A DNA stretch of 64,000 nucleotides from a virus: the IMG/VR virus record IMGVR_UViG_3300005826_000294, positions 122,330 through 186,329 of that record; one strand, written 5' to 3'. This document shows positions 59,352 to 64,000 of the stretch, one piece after another (within the stretch, counting starts at the first letter, position 1; each line of letters starts with the position of its first letter). Made by a program: the position numbers and the translations under genes. A model generated the notes under the pieces. It worked only from the letters and a program-made list of their open reading frames with translations, was not told the origin of the DNA and did no database searches.

Positions 59352-59714
59352 CTATTTATAGACATCAGCATAACCTTCTTTTAATAAGTGGTCATTAAGT
59401 AATATCTCTTCTCCATCTATAGTAAAATACAAATCAATTAACCATCTTCCATATTTATCAGGTTTATAAGTAATTGCTCGTAAATATTGAGATTTATTAA
59501 GACATTCTTCTACATACGCTTTAGCTTTTAAGCCGGCTTCTTTTTCTATTCCACGCACTTCTGGCGTATTTATTCTTGCTAAACGAAAATTCATTTCAGT
59601 AGATATAGTCTGTAAAATATGAAAACCTATATCTATATCTTTATATAGTCTTAGACGAACAGTATCGCCATCTACCACTCTTACAAGTTCTGCTCTATAG
59701 TTATATTCAGTCAT
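59352..59714 (-). CDS. Thermonuclease (SNase-like)
   Basis: RVVDGDT, RLARINTPE, DKYGRWL, LLKEGYA. Confidence 0.88.
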   Translation of the reverse strand: MTEYNYRAELVRVVDGDTVRLRLYKDIDIGFHILQTISTEMNFRLARINTPEVRGIEKEAGLKAKAYVEECLNKSQYLRAITYKPDKYGRWLIDLYFTIDGEEILLNDHLLKEGYADVYK

Positions 59715-59787
59715 AATTAAACTCCATATTATATTTAATAATATTAATATATAGATACACTACTCCTATGATAAAAATAATTTTTAA

Positions 59788-60810
59788 TTATTGTTTTGTG
59801 AATATATAGACGGGTTCTAATTTGGAGGTTCCTGCGGTTTTATTTAGATGACTACGAATGGTCTTCAGGTGGATGGTCTCTTTATAAACAAATTTATCAT
59901 TTGCCATTTCAAACATTTTAGGAAAATTAATTACATTTAATGCGAAATACTTATTCGGCTTTAACATTCTATAAACATTATCTAATGTATTTTTCCAATA
60001 TATATTATAAAAATAATCTTCTCCTTTATTATATGCTTGTGAATCATCTGAACTATAAACTTCCTGATTAAAATATGGAGGAGAAGACATAGCAAAATCT
60101 ATTGTATTTTCTCCTAGAAATGTATTTTCCGAAACTCCATTTATTAGTTTATAATTTTTAAAATTAAAATGTTTAGCCATAGCTTCAAGTTCAAAAGAAG
60201 TCAAAGGATCTACCCCAACATATTGTCTATTACAGGACATTGCTCCTAATAATCTTCCTCCAAATCCCATACTATAATCATATACAATATCATTTTTTTT
60301 AGAATATCTTTCATATAAAAATTTAGCAATTGTAGGCTTAAACATACTTATCATAGGGATTTTTCTTGCTGATCTAAATCCTTGGACTATCTGTCTAAAA
60401 CTAATTTGAAATGCTTCAATATCATTCTCATGTTTTTTCTTATACCAATCTATACCAAGTCTATTTTGAATTACACTTTTTAAAACATTATCATCTTGGA
60501 ATAACTCTATAATATTTTTCTTTTTAGGTTCAGTTGATCCAAAAAATGATTTACAAAAATACTTACATATAAAAGTCCCAACACTACTATTATTAAATAA
60601 AACATCTTCTTCTACATTACATTTAAAATCAACAAGTCTCTTCCATTCACTATCTACCTTTTTTATATCATCTGGATACATAAATCCTATGTTTCTAAAA
60701 TATTGGAAAATAGGTTCTATTAATTCTATTCTTTCTTCTTTACTTAATGATTCAACATACTTTTTTGTTAATTTATTTTCATTAATTGTAATTACGTCAT
60801 TAAAATTCAT
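59788..60810 (-). CDS. DNA amino-methyltransferase (N4-C/N6-A)
   Basis: SAM motif YDYSMGFGGRLLG followed by catalytic SSPPYF. Confidence 0.8.
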   Translation of the reverse strand: MNFNDVITINENKLTKKYVESLSKEERIELIEPIFQYFRNIGFMYPDDIKKVDSEWKRLVDFKCNVEEDVLFNNSSVGTFICKYFCKSFFGSTEPKKKNIIELFQDDNVLKSVIQNRLGIDWYKKKHENDIEAFQISFRQIVQGFRSARKIPMISMFKPTIAKFLYERYSKKNDIVYDYSMGFGGRLLGAMSCNRQYVGVDPLTSFELEAMAKHFNFKNYKLINGVSENTFLGENTIDFAMSSPPYFNQEVYSSDDSQAYNKGEDYFYNIYWKNTLDNVYRMLKPNKYFALNVINFPKMFEMANDKFVYKETIHLKTIRSHLNKTAGTSKLEPVYIFTKQ

Positions 60811-61571
60811 TTTACCTTCCCTGAATATTCTATATGATTATTTAACCCTGGAAATTTTTCTTTATATCTCAACAAACTCTTATTTGATGAAAATCCAAGC
60901 ATTACATATTCTATATTAAGATTATTTGCCTTTTCATATAAAGAAAAATCTATTAATTCCGATAGAATTGGGTTTTTCTTATATAAAGCTTTTCCAACAA
61001 TATATGAACTATATCTTCCTCTATTAGATAATGTTCCAAGAGCTACTAACTCATTACCATTATAACAAAAAGAATTAATACATTCATTATGAAAATTATT
61101 CATATAAAAATATAGATTTTTTCCACTATTATCTCTAAAATATTTATCAGAATAATTCTCTCTCCATTGTTCTATAAATATCTTTACATCATTAATATCT
61201 CTATAATAATCTAACACTTCTATATCTAATTTGTCAATTCTATTTAATCTATTTCTTAAACCACGATATTTTTTACCAGAAGGATATAATGTTTTCGATA
61301 AATCCAAAAATCCTGAATCTCCTTTTGACTTTAAAACCTTAAAAGCATTTTTTAAAACTACAACATCATCAAAAGAGAAATAATGAAAATTAAATGGAAC
61401 ATACTCTTTTAACCATATAATATCACTATTCTTTAATTCATCAAAAATTACAATATTTCTTCTTTTACCTACCATCCAAGTAGCATATCGGTCATATTCG
61501 CAAATATCTCTTGCCATCTTTCCTAATAAGCATTTCCAAGAATACTTATCAATATAACTAATCTTCATCAT
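60807..61571 (-). CDS. DUF2156 / aminoacyl-transferase-like GNAT-fold protein
   Basis: L...GKKYRGLRNRLNR, KAL, YVMLG.....SLLRYKEKF match the DUF2156-type pattern. Confidence 0.5.
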   Translation of the reverse strand: MMKISYIDKYSWKCLLGKMARDICEYDRYATWMVGKRRNIVIFDELKNSDIIWLKEYVPFNFHYFSFDDVVVLKNAFKVLKSKGDSGFLDLSKTLYPSGKKYRGLRNRLNRIDKLDIEVLDYYRDINDVKIFIEQWRENYSDKYFRDNSGKNLYFYMNNFHNECINSFCYNGNELVALGTLSNRGRYSSYIVGKALYKKNPILSELIDFSLYEKANNLNIEYVMLGFSSNKSLLRYKEKFPGLNNHIEYSGKVK

Positions 61572-62854
61572 ATTCCTCTATCATTTGTTTTATAAAATTT
61601 TCTACATTATCTTTATATGAAATAATTTTATAGTTAATATTATTCTTTTTATAATACTCTATTTTTTCATTTTCTCCACTATCATATGGATGTTTTCTAT
61701 TATTCTTCATTCCATCAATTTCTAACCATATTTCCTTTCCATTCTTTAATTCAATAAAAAAATCGCAGGTCCATTGCCTGCTCTCACAAACCAAACTCTC
61801 ATATTTATATCTTTTTATATGTTTTGATTTAAATAAAATATCTCCAGCGGTTTTTTCAATTGAAGATAAATAAATATTACCATCATCTCCTTTAAAATAT
61901 CCCCTTCCATGAAATTGATTAATTGTATTATATTTTGGGTCAATTTTTTTCATTATATCTTCCCACGCAATATAATTAAATTTTTTCTTTATTATATAAC
62001 AACTATATGGAAACTTATCTTTTGAAGCATTTCTTATGCTCCAATATTCTAAACATTTAATATCATTATTATTTTCTTTATACCATTTAATAAGAGAATT
62101 TATTATATTTTGTCGAGATATGTTTGAAATAATTCCAGCTTCTAATAGTGCCTTGGACCAAGAACCAAAAATCTTTTTAAATGTAGGACTACAATACCTT
62201 ATATTTGATAATTCATAATATTCTTTTTGAGTAGGGATTCTACCAAGTTTTTTATAAACTTGTTTTAAATCATCAATAATTTCTTTTTTTGTTTTATTTC
62301 TCACTTGATTTGGTTTAAACCCAGCAACTAAAAGAGATTTTGATAAAGAACCAAATGCTCTCTTATAAGCATTAATACTATATTTACTACCATTCTTTAA
62401 ACTTAAATCTTCTTTCTTTGGAGTTCTACCTAATTTCTCGTACATTTCTTTAAGATTTTTTATTAATTTATTATTAGATATTTTATAACAAGCATTCCCT
62501 ACATTTTCTTTAAAAACCTCTTTCATCCATTTATTCCAACTTTGTATTCTTATATAAGAAGAAGTTGAATAATTTCCATATTTATTATATTCTTTTTTAC
62601 TGGGAGGTTTGTTAATAATACTATAAACTCTTTTTAAATCATCAATTAAACTTTCCTTTGATATTTTTAAAGAATTTGTTCTTTTTATAAAATCCTACTT
62701 TATTACACCATTCCGACCATAACATTCTATCTGTATAAGGATCAGAAGAATATTTACCATATCTAATATATTCTTCTTTTGTGGGAATTTTTCCGAGTTT
62801 ATTTACAACATATCTTAAATTTTCCAATAATTCTTCATAACTTAACTTTTTCAT
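61558..62854 (-). pseudogene. Frameshifted endonuclease with homing-endonuclease-associated repeats and a C-terminal PD-(D/E)xK domain
   Basis: ORFs 62642..62866 and 61558..62526 join if one base is removed near 62682..62692; the intervening frame encodes another repeat (ISKESLIDDLKRVY...PSKKEY...SWNKW); C-terminal WTCDFFI...WLEIDG. Confidence 0.65.
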
Positions 62855-63594
62855 TTCTTTCCCCAACGATGTTCATATCCAATAACAGGACAATCTCCAA
62901 TCCAATCCAAAAAATCTAAATTATCAAATACCAAGATATAATAATCTCCACTCCTTTTCTTTACATTTACCTTAAAACCTAAATTTTTAAGCATAATACA
63001 TAATTTATTATTATCTTCAAAAGAAAACCCACAAGTCGAAATCTTAACTTTATTCTCAAAATATCCGTCCCCCAAATACCAATGTAAAGCCGTTTCTTTT
63101 GTTAAATTAAACTCTGGAACTATTTTGGTTCCATTAATATACCATTTATTATATATTTCGGTCCAAGATATATTTGATGTTGTTCTCGTCCTAAATTGCT
63201 TTTTTCCTCCATTTCTCTCTTTTAGGATAAAACATTTAACAGGAATATCTAATTTATTATATAAATATCTTCCATAATGAAAATTTGCCGTGGAATGAGA
63301 AAAACAAGCATTACTTTTATATTGTCCAGATAAATATAAACAACCATCTCCTAATAATTCTCCATTTATAATCTCAATACATCTTTTAGAAATTATAATA
63401 GGTTTATCCTGAGGACGACCAGATATTTTTCCTACATCTATTCCAGCACAATTAATAGCATTTCTCCAACTACCAAAATGTCTTTTATATGTTGATGAAG
63501 AGGGTCCATTCAATTTATCAATATAACTTTGAGATATATTATCTAACGAAAAAGATCTTAAATAATTAATCAATTCTTCTTTTGTATATTTCAT
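62851..63594 (-). CDS. LAGLIDADG (type 2) endonuclease with an N-terminal homing-endonuclease-associated repeat
   Basis: YTKEELI...PSSSTYKRHFGSWRNA; IINGELLGDG; HWYLGDG; ISTCGF. Confidence 0.8.
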   Translation of the reverse strand: MKYTKEELINYLRSFSLDNISQSYIDKLNGPSSSTYKRHFGSWRNAINCAGIDVGKISGRPQDKPIIISKRCIEIINGELLGDGCLYLSGQYKSNACFSHSTANFHYGRYLYNKLDIPVKCFILKERNGGKKQFRTRTTSNISWTEIYNKWYINGTKIVPEFNLTKETALHWYLGDGYFENKVKISTCGFSFEDNNKLCIMLKNLGFKVNVKKRSGDYYILVFDNLDFLDWIGDCPVIGYEHRWGKK

Positions 63595-64000
63595 TTAAAT
63601 ACTCTAAAAATTTCCTTTTATTATATGTAGCGTTTTTCTTAAAATTATCTTCTTTTTTTAACCATTGATGGTTTTTTGGATTAAAAGCCGCTTTAATATG
63701 ATATACATTATTAAAATCAAAAGCGGATAAAGGAAAAATATGATCTATATTATAATTCTCAATATCCTTAGGAAAAGGTTTTAAATATTCAATAATAGCA
63801 TAATAATCTATTCCATACTCATCCGATTTTGTTTTTCCATTAGAATATGTTTTAAAAGCATAATATAACCTTTGTCTTAGTTTTAATATAATAGAAAATA
63901 TAGGATCATCTTTCCTTTTTTTCTTATTATAACAATTCCTACACATCTTTTTAGAACATATATTTCTATATTTGCCACAAATATAACAATATCCTTTATT
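63566..64000 (-). CDS. Partial HNH endonuclease with CxxC repeats (5' end outside the window)
   Basis: Frame open to 64000 (NKGYCYICGKYRNICSKKMCRNC); NIDHIFPLSAF...KNHQWL...DNFKK. Confidence 0.75.
   Translation of the reverse strand, partial: NKGYCYICGKYRNICSKKMCRNCYNKKKRKDDPIFSIILKLRQRLYYAFKTYSNGKTKSDEYGIDYYAIIEYLKPFPKDIENYNIDHIFPLSAFDFNNVYHIKAAFNPKNHQWLKKEDNFKKNATYNKRKFLEYLNEIYKRRID

Noticed and set aside
1261..62218. Short plus-strand and nested ORFs in the track (e.g. 9224, 9920, 24905, 39692, 49734, 51192)
   Set aside because: Antisense or alternate-frame shadows of long genes, with no RBS or recognisable motifs.
1..64000. Stop-codon reassignment (alternative genetic code)
   Set aside because: The standard code gives long, tightly packed ORFs; TAA, TAG and TGA all end genes at sensible junctions.
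1..64000. tRNA, rRNA or other structured ncRNA genes
   Set aside because: Intergenic gaps are short and AT-rich; no cloverleaf or T-loop signature was seen by eye (a covariance-model search would be needed to be sure).

Overview
AT-rich, densely coding segment of what appears to be a large (jumbo-type) contractile-tailed phage genome. Almost all genes are on the minus strand and the standard genetic code fits. In transcription order (right to left) it contains: an accessory block (homing endonucleases, DUF2156/GNAT-like protein, DNA methyltransferase, thermonuclease, cold-shock protein); a fibre/decoration block; a permuted NlpC/P60 + LpxH-like phosphoesterase + ARC/Mpa-like AAA+ ATPase trio; neck/head-closure-like genes; two paralogous giant beta-helix tailspike-like genes; and the tail core (terminator-like protein, sheath, two paralogous tubes, tail chaperone with a -1 frameshift, tape measure, baseplate initiator/hub/spike). 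About 16 free-standing endonuclease ORFs (LAGLIDADG, HNH, Vsr/PD-(D/E)xK-like) are wedged between the structural genes. The most unusual signal is a tripeptide Asp-Gly-Tyr (DGY; variant DAY). I count about 40 copies by eye in 14 otherwise mostly unrelated neck, sheath and fibre proteins, sometimes in tandem runs, and none in the tube, tape-measure or baseplate proteins. It is a candidate virion-surface modification or binding code. A shared candidate late-promoter motif (CTATCAATA) and two intrinsic terminators are also visible. No capsid, portal, terminase, tRNA, CRISPR array or reverse transcriptase was seen. All functional calls come from motif recognition by eye, not database searches.
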